From Podarcis melisellensis (taxonomy: Eukaryota), in assembly GCA_964234715.1 (NCBI GenBank), contig OZ174275.1: a stretch of 64,000 nt of DNA. One strand, 5' to 3'. The position numbers and the translations under genes were made by a program. Shown in pieces: positions 32,609-45,672 of this stretch. A model generated the notes under the pieces. It was not told where the DNA came from. It saw nothing but the letters and a program-made list of their open reading frames with translations, and did no database searches. The number at the start of each line of letters is the position of its first letter. Within the stretch, counting starts at the first letter, position 1.

Positions 32609-35600
32609 AGCATTAGAGATTACAGGTGAAGCCAATATTCAACTTGCTTCCTTTCCTGCTGCAAAAGTGCTTCCTTGTGCCAGTCAGATATTATTATTAT
32701 TTGTTATCGTACCAGTGAAGTCTTCTATAAAAAGCAGATTGACTGAAGTCTTGAGTAAAATTTGGACCTAACTGAAGAGTCCGAGTAGAACCTGATGGTG
32801 ACTTCCTACACCTTGAATTCCTTGCTCACCTGTGCCGATGAATGAGAAACCAAATCTAGAAAATAAAATGCCAAACAATATCAGAAATGGCAGGCTACCT
32901 CCATGAGCTCCATGGTCCACAGTGCAGCTGAATTACCTTCCTTTTGAAGCCAATATGACAGAGAATAAATAGAGTTGCGTACATGAAAAGGCTCATATAG
33001 TTGGTAGGTTTCTACTTTTCTTATTTATTTATTTTTAAATCTAAGTTTGTGGCATGTTAGTATGCAAATTGCGCTCTTCAGTTCACCCCTCATTTGTCGT
33101 GCACACGTACCTTAGAAAAGATGTCAACACAGATAGTTATGATAATCTATTAACGTTCCTGATGCCTAGAAAAAAGATACTCATCTACTGTGTTTTCTCC
33201 TTTCCAACTTTTTCCCTTAGCATTTTAATGGAATCTTGGCATCCCTGGTATCAAAAGCCCTCTGCATCGAGGCACCTGGCTTCAGTGTTGTTTTCCACAG
33301 TGAAACATTGCCGAGAGCTGACATGTGTTAAGGATGTGTCTATTTTGTGTTTCATTTTGTCGTGGTCTCGTTCCCCCCCACGCCCCCTTTACTGAGCTTC
33401 AAGCAGGAAAACCATGTTTCTCAACTTGGCAAAGAGGCTATTGATAAAATGAGGGCATGCATGTCCCCTCAATATGGCTTCATTGCTTGGTCATAATCTA
33501 AATTCTTAAGTCCTTTGATTTCAGGCTTTGACTGCAGCACATGCATTCTGGGCTAGACACCCTTGCTTTGCAACTCCCAGATCTTAAGGGGCTCTTAAAC
33601 ATTCATGTTGGCTTTTAGTTTGGCAATCTGGAGGTGGAGCTACTTCAAAATCTTCCTTTGGTATGAAAGCAGTTCTCTAAAGAGATCTTGTTCCTTATGT
33701 ACAACCTGGTTGAAAGGTATGGGCTAGAGGAAAAATGTTCCCCTGGAGTTTTGTTCCTGCTTTCATTGTGCTAGGCTTTTAATAAGGGACCCTATTCCCT
33801 GACGTGCTAGAAGTGAGTTTATTGCTACCATCTGTTTAATTGCCCTCTCAGTTTTCTTTGGGGAATCATGAAAGTATTTTACCCTGCCTTTGAATCTCTT
33901 GGTTCTTTTAAAAGACTGGGTAAAGTACACATCAATTTCCAAAGAGTATATTAAAAACTGATAAACAGCAGCATCTCTGAACAGTAAAACTCAAGGAAAA
34001 CAATTTTTTAGATGAATGTTTGTTGTTTGTTATCAGCAAACACGGTGCTTGCAGTACAAGTAAATAAACAGGGTTGTGGGCTTTTGAGTTGTTCATTTTG
34101 CTTTTAGCTTTTCCTCATCTGAAATTGTTATTTTTAAATTATTTCTATCTCATAATTTCTTATTAAGCATAGTTTATACAGCCCTCTTACCAAGGATATC
34201 ACAGAAATGAAGTTGTATCTTGAAATATACATGTGTTTTAAGGAGAGCTGTGACCACTGGGGTACAAATAACTCTAAATGGAACCCCAAACTCTATGTGT
34301 GGGTCCATTACACATTCCTAGAAACAATAATTGTAATAACTGTGTGTAAACTTTGTATTACACACTGTGAAGTAAAGCAGTACACTTCCAAAACTATCTT
34401 ATGGTAACCATGATTTGAAGAATAATACAGGTCACCATGGTTCTGAACGTGCTGGTGTTCTGTAGTAGATAAGTGGCTGGATTTGAACCACCTGAGTTCA
34501 GATTTCACCTCAGCTGTGAAGCTGCTTCATTATCTCTTAGGCTACCTTACCTTCATGTATTCATTATGAGAAAAGCAAGGGACAACACCTGTAAAACCTG
34601 AGCTTTGTGAAGGTGATGTATTTTACTTTTTAAATAACTCCTGTTGCTTTTCTCAAGGTCTGCATGATTACTAAGACATACTGCAAATTTTTTATAAGCA
34701 TCTGTTTGAAGTGGAGGAATTGCAATGCTAAATACATATAGAAAATACTGCTCAGAGGAGTGGTGGCACTGAAGAGAATACACATTCTGTAACATTTATA
34801 TTATTTTGTTAAAATTGGGACAATCAGCTCCCTTCCATGTACATGTCATGCTCAAAATGCTATTAGATTCGAAATATGTAGGTACTGAAACTGAGAAGAT
34901 TTGATCAAATTTCCCACAGCTAGTTTTGGGCACCTGACCTGCTTAGTTTCCCACAGGGGAAAAGAAAGCTCTGTTTCTTTAAATTCCCAATGAGAAGGGA
35001 CATGTGTCTCCTTGCATTGAGTTACATTACATCACATCATGTGGCACAAAGTGACCCAACTCAACGTGACAGGAGAAGTAAAGAAAACAGATTCTTTTAA
35101 CCATGCGTGTATATATGTATAGACCACTTTTAACAAAATGATGGCAATAAAGATATAATGAAGGGAGATGTGTACTTTTTCACCAGAGCCTAATAACATA
35201 GACTGCAGAGCTTGTCAATTCTACTTTACACAACTTAAATTACAACAGGCATTAAGAGTGTTGCTTGCCATAGACAAAGAATAATCAAATGTTGCTTCTG
35301 CCTAAAGCAGTCATTTTTTTATTAAAATGTAATAGGTCGCTGTATATACATTTTTAAAAGTAATTATTGATTTGGGTCCCAGTTCAACTGAACATGTATG
35401 CAGCAGTGGGATATTGGCTGTAGTGCCTCCACTGAGCTCACAACTAAGTCCTATGATTCAGAGATGTAATTTTTTGAGAACCAACACTCCCCTTTCTATA
35501 GGGTTTATATGTACAATCCTAAAAGTACAGCTGAAAACTGTAGGGGTATGTGTAGACCTGAGGGGAAGTGCACAGTGACTGGCCACTTATATGGAGGGCA

Positions 35601-38600
35601 CTGCATCATTCATCCCAACATGAATCTGTATATTAACATTAGAAAAATATCTAAGCCTCAGTTTAGAGGTACAGTCAGCACCTGAATCCATTTCAGTCAG
35701 CACTTGACTGCGTGAACTGACTCCACTGAAAAATATTTTTTGAAGTGACAGGAAAATTATGCTGGTTTGATTTGTAATTGCTTGTTCACACATGGTAGTT
35801 GTTGTCTGATGATGGAGCCATCAAGCGATGAACATAGAATGCTGCAGCAACTTTGTGTATATCAAGTTTTGTCTTTGTAGCTCCTTGCCTGATATTATGG
35901 TGGCTGATGGAACTTTGAAACACTATTTTATCTATCAGAAACTTGTGATACTTTAAAAAAAAACCAACCCCCCCCCCCGAGCAGCGACTACAAAATGTTT
36001 GTACCTGATAAATTCTAAACTGCATTAATGCACAAAGTGTGGCTGCCCATGGTTGCAGTTATTGAAGTTGCAACTGAAACGATGTCTTGCCTATTTGATC
36101 TTCAACCAGTAGCTCTTATCCAGAAGCTTTTGTTTCACATTAAAGACACTAACGATTGTCTCCACAAAGTGAGCCGCTTAATAGTCAGAAAATGTTAAAC
36201 CAGGGTGTGGAGGGGGTTGATAATCACCTTTGATAGCTCTTCATTGCAACATCATATACCAGCCATGAACTGCAAGCCAAGTATTAATAGATCTGTTTAA
36301 TAAAACAACTCAAAGTCCAATTTTAAACAGGATTTATTAGCTTGTGCTCCTCTAGACAAAGCCGCAATTATTCAGTTTATACCTGAAAAGGGAGTGAGGA
36401 ATGTTTTCCCTGCTCCTGCATCAAAACTGTGCTCAGTTTGTGTGTATGAAATGACAGCTTCCACCTTCCTCTTTTGAATCCAGCTTCTAGTTTTTCAGAG
36501 GGAGAGGGAAGAGAATCATAAACACACTGTTCATCTGCTATAGAGCTGCTGTGACTGCCTTTAGGCAGGTAACTATGAGCCTGTGTTCTCATCCATGGTG
36601 TCTGCATTGGTAATGGCTGACTACCAAGTTTGTTGAATGATAGACACATCTTATCCACACTGCAACGTTTCCCCCAATTGCAGAACTTTAATTTCTCCTT
36701 TAGGAATGAATGACAGCCATTCCGTTTGTAAAGACATATCCTGGGGTACTCAGAGTAAAGCCCAACAGAATTCAATGGGATCTTCTGAAACCTTAGTCAG
36801 ATTTTCAGGTGCCATGGGACCCAAACTAGGGTTTTTGTGGTTCTGGTTAAGATATCTTTGTTAATATCAAAGTAAAATGCTGCTTCTCAGCTCTAGAGTC
36901 CAAATGAAAGAGAACAGTATGTAATTTCAGACACCTTTTAACTGTTGAAAGAGAAAGAAAAACACTCAAAAGCAACTTAGTTTTTTAAAGGAAAAGAAAA
37001 GAACAATACTTTTGTAATTCTGCATTTCTGATGAAAATCACATATAGGGGTTCTTGAAGAATTCAGTCTTTGTAAATTCCTAAGAATGTCCCTCTCATCT
37101 ACTGGGTAACTGGCCTAATGTGTGGATCAGAACTTAAGTTAGCCACTGGATTTTTGATGTTCATGTGTTCCGGTGCTGTGCTCTGTTTAAAAAAAACATA
37201 ATAAAATGTCTAGACAAACAAGCTTTGATGTACAATGGGGTATACTATGTATGTATGGTATTACCCTTCTAAGTATTGCCTTTCTTGGAATTACAAATCT
37301 GGTTTTTGCTCAAATTGGAAAAAAAGCTTCCTCCTAAGATCAGATCCCTAAATTTTATCTTGATGAAATAATGTTTGATCAGTGGATGATCAAAATGAGG
37401 AATCTCTTCTTTGAAGTTTGATTGACACAGGTGATTCTGAAGTCAGAAACATGTTTGGTCATATAATGTACTGTAGAACTCAGCTCTGAAAGAAGAGGCA
37501 CTATGAGAGGCATGGGAATATAAAGTGTTCAAACTTTTAATTTGGTCATTTTTACTGTCTGTGAATACGAATTCCCTTACCTGATTACTGTGTGAAATGT
37601 ACCATGTACTGGAATCCAGGAAGATAGTCTTTCAGTTGTAATTGTGAGTTTAAACAATGGAAAGACATCTTCCCTAACATCTTTCCTGGGAACGGTTCAT
37701 ACCAGATAAATGTAGCCATCAGCAGACAGCCGTGTTTTATTTGTGATGCATTCTGACTTTGTTTATTAAGTAATCATTTCTGGGTACAAGTGTCAACACA
37801 ATTTGCTTTTTGAATAATGTGAAGCAGATAACCTCAATTAGCAAGCAATTACGGTAATTTTCATACTAAACGCTCTCCTTAATTGTTTTCGAAACCTGAA
37901 ACTAAAACTGTAATAAATAATGAATGGTGAGAATACATTGATTTAAGGGGCTCCATGGTGATTTTTCTATAGAGATGTGCTCAACCTACCAAGCAAAATT
38001 CCAAAAACCAGTATGGGTTCAATGTGGATTTGGCAGGCTGGGATAAAAGGCTTAATCATGGACTTATACTTTGCCTTCTTCCTCACAGTAACTCTTCCTT
38101 ATATCTCCTCTTATAAGATACCATGTTCTTCTGTTCTTCTGTTCCTTCTAGAATCTATCCAATACACGCTCCTTCCTGAACTTATTTAATCTGATAGATG
38201 TCCTGCTCAGTTATTTCTGTTAAAAGAACCCTAGTTTTCTATTGGCCATTATCTATTGCCTCATCCACTGAAGTACCCACTATTTCCACTTATGTCTACT
38301 TATACTTTTAAACTAGGCTGCCAAATCCATATGGGGATCTGAGAGATGAGGGAAAGGGTGGGTTGGCCATATGAAGCTGTAATTTAAATACCTTGGAACA
38401 TGCTGGATGTTGTATATCCTATAGCAGTTTGTTCAGTAGCTCTGTTTTGTAAAATCTGCATGCATTGTTGCTCAGATCCAAGGCTTGTGAAGCCTGTGAA
38501 CCCATTGATTCACTCCTGTCTTTCAGGGGACCCCATAAGAGCACCAAAAGAAATAGCTGCTCAACGATTTGTTTTTTACTGGATTTTTTTTTATAAACGT

Positions 38601-39067
38601 GACAGAAACCCAGTCAATAATATGAATTTAATACCTGCAGTGGGTTGAATGTATGTTTAAATTGAAATGGGTCTATTCCTCAGTATTAACAGCATTCACA
38701 CATGTTCACAAATGGGAGTGGGGGAACAGGATCAAAAAATTAGTGTCACGTGCAAAAATGCCCTCACACCTTATTTTCGGATCATAAGATCACTATTTTT
38801 ATAGTCAGTTGTTTAGGCTGTTGCAATAAACCTCACAACGTAGAAGAAATACCAACAGAAGCATCTTCCAAAGTGTGAAGGAAGAAAGTTTGTAGGAAAG
38901 GGCAATGCTAATGGTACTGGATATAACAGGGCACTTTAATATTTAATTGTGCTGCTTTGTCTTAAGGTTCTAAACGGTCTGTTAATAAATGCCCCATAGT
39001 AAGCAGGGTCATGTGTATTACTTCAAATAGATAAACAACAGCCCAGATTCAACTAACGAGTTGTTAT

Positions 39068-39332
39068 TAATAATAATAATAATAATATAATAATAATTTA
39101 TTATTTGTACCCTGCCCATCTGGCTGGGCTTTCCCAGCCATTCTGGGCGGCTTCCAAAAAAATATTAAAATCCTCTAATACATCAAACATTAAAAGCTTC
39201 CCTAAATAGGGCTGCCTTCAGATGTCTTCTAAAAGTCTGATAGTTGTTGTTCTTTTTGACATCTGGTGGGAGGGCGTTCCACAGGGAGGACGCCACTACT
39301 GAGAAGGCCCTCTGCCTGGTTCCCTGTAACTT
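39068..39332 (-). mobile_element. L2 LINE 3' fragment with (TAA)n-type tail
   Basis: Minus-strand translation KLQGTRQRAFSVVASSLWNALPPDVKKNNNYQTFRRHLKAALFREAFNV* (RAFS...LWN.LP L2 C-terminal motif), then 3'UTR and simple-repeat tail. Confidence 0.9.
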
Positions 39333-42300
39333 GTTCTAGCAGGAACTGGCAGTGCAATGGGGCTTTCTCCCTTCCCCTCCCCATGTGTCCCCCATCAGCT
39401 CTGGGGGCTTGGGGGAACTCCCAGAGCAGCATGCAAGGTGAGGAGAGGGCAAGTGTGCCTTCTAGGAAGCAGAAATACTTGTGCTAATGAAACAATCCTC
39501 GTAATGAATTCACCACACCACGTTTGTTCTGTGCCCCTGGTCAGATTATAGGAAGTGCTAGCCTCCTATCTAAGGTGAGGAACCTGCAGGCCTCAAAATG
39601 TTGCTGCACAGCAACTCCCATCATCCGTAGCTGTTGGCCGTATATGTGAAAGGCTGCACCTGTTAAAATTCCCAACAAGTGGAAAGAATTGACTGAGGGT
39701 ATCTGCAGTCCATCACAGGGACAGATAGCAACTACCCTGGAGTAATGTTTTGGGGGAAATTCAGTTAATGATATAGTAAGCACAGGTTCTGAGCATCTAA
39801 AAGATTTCACTGATGAGTAAAAACATATGTGCTTTGTGTAATTTTGTGACATATGCCTAAACATAAACAAGGCTCCAAGCAGCAGCAATGAGAAACATTT
39901 TGTGGGATCCCCTCCCTGCACCCCAATCCCTTATTCACATTGTTAATGTAGATGTCCACTGCAGTCTGTTAGATGTCTAAATAGTTGAAAGTTGCACTCA
40001 GATGTTACAGGTGGTGTGTGGTTTATAGTTTTAGCCATTCTACACTGTACACTGCTTCATCCACAGGGTTAACAATAGTACATATTTCATCCGCCGTCTT
40101 CTAATTATTGTTAACTTCAGCAAGCACCATTGCAAAATCCATCAAAAATGAGTTTTCACAGCAGTGCTTTATGTGGCCATTGATTTTCTCTCGTGTGGTT
40201 TTTCTTCATGTTCCTTGTTCTCGGTGACCCTGAGACTCAGCTTTGTTCTGGACTTGTAGCCCATGGCAGTAAAGTGGGGGAGATGAGGCATGAGCTGAGA
40301 TGTAGAGCATGCATAAAGGAGGAGACATGTAAAAACTGAAATGACATGGCAGCTGAAACATCTTGTTGCTCATCCGGGTTGCATGTTTGAGGAGAGAATG
40401 GGAAGTAAATTGTGATATGCAACTGAATAACAGCCGACAGGGTGGATGGTTTTAAGGTATGTGGATGCTCAGTCACATAGCGCAGGCAGAAGGCCAAAGG
40501 ACAAGGAGCTGTTGGGTGTCCTTACAGTCAGATTGTAGCCTTATAGCCTAAAAAGACGAGGAGGCATTGATTTACAAAAACACAAAACACAGAGCTCATC
40601 TAAACTCCGGAAAGACAGAGAGCACCAGGCTTTAAAATGAATTTGACATGCTGTTTTATAACAATTTGAAATTCAATAGCTGTCATATGTGACGTAATAT
40701 TTTTGCACCTTAAGTATCTAATTGTTATGTATGCTTGCTACTAATAATAATGGCACACCTGCCTCATGTCATAGGAAGCGTACATCAGTCACTGAAACAT
40801 GCATGGCTTTGTGATTTTCCCATTAAGCTTGTAGCATTGTTTTTCAGCTCTAACCTAAGGCTTTGTCTGTACCAGCTATTGCACTTAAGTTGTTCCTAGG
40901 ACTCACCTGTGTCCCAGGAGACCCTTGATCTGGCCTTTGTGTGCTTAAAGATGATGTGCAAAATTGCAGGCATAACTTGCAAATGAATCCTCTAGCAACC
41001 AGAACTCTAGCCTGCTGCTTTAAAGGGCGGGTTGGAAGCTTTGTTGCTGTGCAGATTCTCTGAAGTGGGCACCTCCTGGTCTAGTTACTTTTACTGAAGT
41101 GAAGTGTTTCCCTTTCCTAAACACAAAGTAATTAGACCACATTCTGCTTATGAAATTACCGGGAGGAAAGGAACCTGTTTCTTAAGCAGGCTGTAGGCAT
41201 GCTCAGGCCCGAACACACACATGCTCAAACTGTGAGGGGAGGGGGGGGGCTCCCAATCACTGAGCCATTTCTGAAAGCATTCAGCTACATGTGCTGAACC
41301 TCCCTTCAGACCACCATGTTAAAGGCCCAGTGGTCTGAGGAGGCTCCCGCACACTTAGAGACAGGGATTGTATGTAAGCCCTCATCCATGCTTTGAGCAC
41401 TTGTACGTTCACATGAATGCCTGACCACAAGTTGTATAGCACGAAAAGTTCCAGCCATCTTTTGCCTACCTGAAACAGCAGGCTGCAAGGCCTATCTATT
41501 TGCAGTTTTATTTTTAAGCATCTGTTCTAGCATGTCAGTTCTGGAGTTTTCTTTAGCCAACATTCACAGGATTTATCACTGTAGGAAATGTCTACCTTTG
41601 ATTCATTCTCAGTGGAGAAAACCCAGAAGAGCCATAATTGGGAGTGCTACCTTGGATATGAAGAGGACCGCACCTGCTGTTCCAATGGCCTTACCCTTGG
41701 AAGCGCAACTGGTGCAAACAGTCCTAACTGATTAAGACTACCCCTGAGTTGAAGACTACAATCCAAGGGTGTTTGTCGCACAATTTTGAGGCACTTATTC
41801 ATTATGGTCCAAGCCACTGAAGGGGCCACGTGCCCTTCTTCACACACAGATAATTGGAACGAAAACAAAACAAATGTGATGCTGTTGCTGAGCTCACTAT
41901 CTGAACAAGCTGTCTCAGTAGAAACATCAAGGTACTAGGCAATATCATCATATTTGAAATGAATTGACTATCCACCTTGTTTGCTTTCCAGCTTTCCTAA
42001 TTTATTGGCTGTATTTGTTTTTCTTATCTATCCTGTGACATACAAGGAAATGGAGGAAGAGATAGAGAAATGGCTATTCCCCAGGTTGGGGTTTTCTTGT
42101 TTGCTTTTTGTCAATTTACTTTTGGCCCTTTTTTCATTTATTATATTGTTCTCAGAAGTACTTTAAGAAACTTTAGACCTTAAAATTATAATAAAAAGAT
42201 GTATTTCACAAAAGAAAACTTAGCCCTCAGACAGTTCTCTGTGGAATAATAAAACAAACATATGCCCGCATCCAAAGCCCCTTTGTGAAATGAAACCGAA

Positions 42301-42759
42301 TGCTGAGAAGGAATCCCATGACCTTCACAAGCGGGAGAGCCTCTTCAATTTAAAGCAAAAGAAACAAAAATATTGCCCTGCTTTAAAAATGCCACAGTCG
42401 TCTTTAATTAATTACTCAGCTCTGAATGAGACACTTTTTGCTGTTGTTGTTTATACTTACAAATATTTTGATCAGGACTAAATTTAAAATGTGTGATTTG
42501 TGAATAAACTTCCTTGGCTGCTCTTTCTTTATTGGTGCCATAATTTTGACTTATGGGTATTTTGATCCTGTGTTGAGGCTAGCTGCGGCTGCATGATGAT
42601 AATCTAAATTATAGTCTGATTTCCATTCTAGCAGCTTTCTCCTCCCCCACCCCCAACAATCACCTTAGTTTCAGGCAGTCATCTTTGTGATAATAGAGGT
42701 ATTGGTAGAAAGAGCTATTGAAAGCATTCCCCTTTCTATAGCTTTATCATTGTATTAGA

Positions 42760-42783
42760 TTTGTTTGTTTGTTTGTTTGTTTG
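42760..42783. repeat. (TTTG)n microsatellite
   Basis: tttgtttgtttgtttgtttgtttg. Confidence 0.85.
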
Positions 42784-43774
42784 GAAATGGTATGCCGCCT
42801 TTGAGACTTTTATAACAGAAAGATGGTATATAAATATCTTAAATAAGAAATCACAATTTTTTGCTTGGCATGCTAAGTACGCACAGTTTTGATTAACTGC
42901 AACACAGCACACAGTGTTAGCATAGAGGAAGGACTTCCTGCAGGAGAAAAAGTGATCACTTACAATATTTTGCAGGCTGCCCATCTAAACCCATCATTGC
43001 CTGGCACCTACACACTAAGGGCAAGGTTCCAGCGAACTTGTGAGTGGGCAGCATGCCATCTGAACAGATGGGCATGGAAGTAGGCAGCCAGTAGACCATG
43101 TATGTGCATCAACTGTGGGTGTTGAGGGCAAGATTCCCAATGGAGAGTGTCCAAACAGCTGTCTGGCCTGAGCCAACATGCCTACGACCAAGGAAGAGTG
43201 CCATCCCTAAATCCTGCTGAGTTGGATTAACCTTCAAAAAATAAAAATTGCTTCTGCAGTAGCATAAGGTGAGCTTTTGGCTTGTTTAAATCTGGGAGAA
43301 TGAATTAGGCAGGCGAGATAAAAAGAAGCACTAATGAAGCATCCGCTAGAGGGGAATAAATATAGGGCAAGGAGTATTAAAAATACCACTAACACAAGGG
43401 CATTTCTCAGTAGATATTAGCCAGCAGTTTGTAGCATTCTTGTTAACTCTTCAGCTCCCAGAATGGTAAAAACTTTCAAAAAGGGCAACATTCCAGCAGA
43501 ACTGAAACACCCTTCTGGTGGAGCTATCTCATTTTCCAATGTGTCATTTACACTGGGAATGTTGTTATGCCCTATTCTGCAGCTCTAGTTGTATGCAAGT
43601 ATGAATGCATGCATAAGAATGTGAATACTATGGATGTACTTCAATTTATGCCTGCAGTTCTCAGCCCAGCAAATGAGTTGTCCTTAGCTAGATCACTTTA
43701 TTGGTATCTAATTGTTTGATATAACAGGACACAATGAGAGAGAAAACTGCTGCTGCTTTTGCCAACAGCTTTGG

Positions 43775-43942
43775 TATTGGACTTGGACCTGGGGAAACCA
43801 CTCTTCATATTCTGTTCTTGATGGTCTTTGAACTTGATGGTTCTTTAACTTCCGTTACCTATCTGTAAAATGGGAGTTACTGTGACCTGTTTTTTAAAAG
43901 ATGAGTTAAACATTTTGAAACATGCTATATTAATGCTTATTA
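43775..43942 (+). mobile_element. MIR/CORE-SINE remnant
   Basis: CORE hallmark atctgtaaaatggg at 43861-43874 and tail tgctatattaatgct. Confidence 0.55.
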
Positions 43943-44589
43943 AAACTCAACTAATAAACCTGGCTAAGTGCCATGGAAACTTTACGAGAAAATTTTAAAA
44001 GATCATTGTAAAAGTCAGAAAATGAAGCTGAGATTCAAGGCTTGAGCAACAGAAAGTCAAGTACAACTAGGATATGATTGATTATAAGTTCATGCACTAG
44101 TTTATATGTTATGTCTTTCATAGCAAACTCATTTGCAGCATTTTCCACTAGGTTTAGTTGTTTCATGCCTATAACTTGTAGCTCAATTTCCCATGTGAAA
44201 TGGCTGCATAGGAATCATGTCCTACAACCATACGTTCTTAGTAATGGTAGGAAAGCTTAACATAAGACAGAGTAAGCCACGTCTATAGAGTAAGCAGCTC
44301 TACATACTACTGTAATTATGCCATTCTGAAGATTGGTTCAGGCTGATTCTACATATTGCCTATAATGTATGGCCTGGCTCTAAGATGACTGATACAATTT
44401 CACATTTGTAACTGAGCAGATTTGGGTCGGGCCTACACTTGTGAGAGAGACCAAATGAGAACCTCATGTGTATTGCTTTAAGCCACATACAAGAAGGATG
44501 TGACAAAAGAATAGCAGTGTTTCATAAAAGGAATGAATTGAGTCAGGGAACTAAGAATATAGCTTATCATTTTTTTGTAACTAAGATAA

Positions 44590-44845
44590 TAAAAACAAAA
44601 TATGACACCTGGCCTATATAGTCTAGTATCCTGTTCCCCAAAGTGGCCTTTCATGTCCCTTCAGGAAGTCCACAGGCAGGACATGAAAACCATAGGCTCT
44701 TCCTTTCTGTTGCCCACTTCCACCAGCTATTATTCAGTGATCAATAAGCTTGGGCTCTGAATTTGACCAGTCCCTTAGGCCATCTAAGATATTAGCCACC
44801 ATCCCATCTTGCAGAAGTGAATTTCAAAAATTACGGTATGTGCTG
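44590..44845 (-). mobile_element. Old CR1-type 3' remnant
   Basis: ggcctatatagtctagtatcctgttccccaaagtggcc..ggaagtccacaggcaggacatg, similar to 8770-8970. Confidence 0.5.
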
Positions 44846-45310
44846 TATCATCAGACGTATACCCTAATTTTCCTTTAGAAAGTACAGAGCACATAAGCAC
44901 CACAGCATTAGGTGTTCCCAGATCATTAAATGTGTCCACCATGTCTTGCTCCTTTTTATAAGTTGACCCAATCTTATAGGAGAACCTATTGATTTATATG
45001 TATACCCCCAACCTTATGGCTTTAGTTGCAACAGCAACCAAAATACAAAGTAAGCCATTGCCCTGATTCACCTATTGTGACATGGCACATTAGGAGCAGT
45101 TCTTCTTTCATGCAGTCATCCAGAGGGTCACACAATATTCTGAAAAACTAGTCAGATCTAGACATCTGGCACTTGATTCTGCTGAGGTTTGCTAGGACAA
45201 TTAACATACATAACAGTGCAAGCAGATCAATAAGGCTGTAACATGCATCTACATACAGATGTGCTCCAAGCTATGTAATCCAATTAATCCATGGTATGAA
45301 GTAAGGTATA

Positions 45311-45672
45311 GGGACACAGGTGGCGCTGTGGGTTAAAGCCTCAGCGCCTAGGACTTGCTGATCGAAAGGTCGCAGTTCGAATCCCTGCGGTGGGGTGCGC
45401 TCCCGCTGCTCGGTCCCAGCGCCTGCCAACCTAGCAGTTCGAAAGCACCTCCGGGTGCAAGTAGATAAATAGGGACCGCTTACCAGCGGGAAGGTAAACG
45501 GCGTTTCCGTGTGCAGCTCTGGCTCGCCAGAGCAGCGATGTCACACTGGCCATGTGACCCGGAAGTGTCTCCGGACAGCGCTGGCCCCTGGCCTCTTAAG
45601 TGAGATGGGCGCACAACCCCAGAGTCTGTCAAGACTGGCCCGTACGGGCAGGGGTACCTTTACCTTTACCTT
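45311..45672 (+). mobile_element. Sauria SINE, full length (different subfamily from the 18895 copy)
   Basis: gggacacaggtggcgctgtgggttaaa, B-box gttcgaatcc and (accttt)3 tail. TSD TATGAAGTAAGGT (45295-45307, 45673-45685). Confidence 0.93.

Noticed and set aside
36377-36775. 132-aa minus-strand ORF as an antisense gene
   Set aside because: No recognisable domain, codon bias or flanking gene signals.
40241-40456. Cassette exon with AAG|gtatgt donor
   Set aside because: The phase-0 frame hits a stop after 32 codons, and there is no other support.
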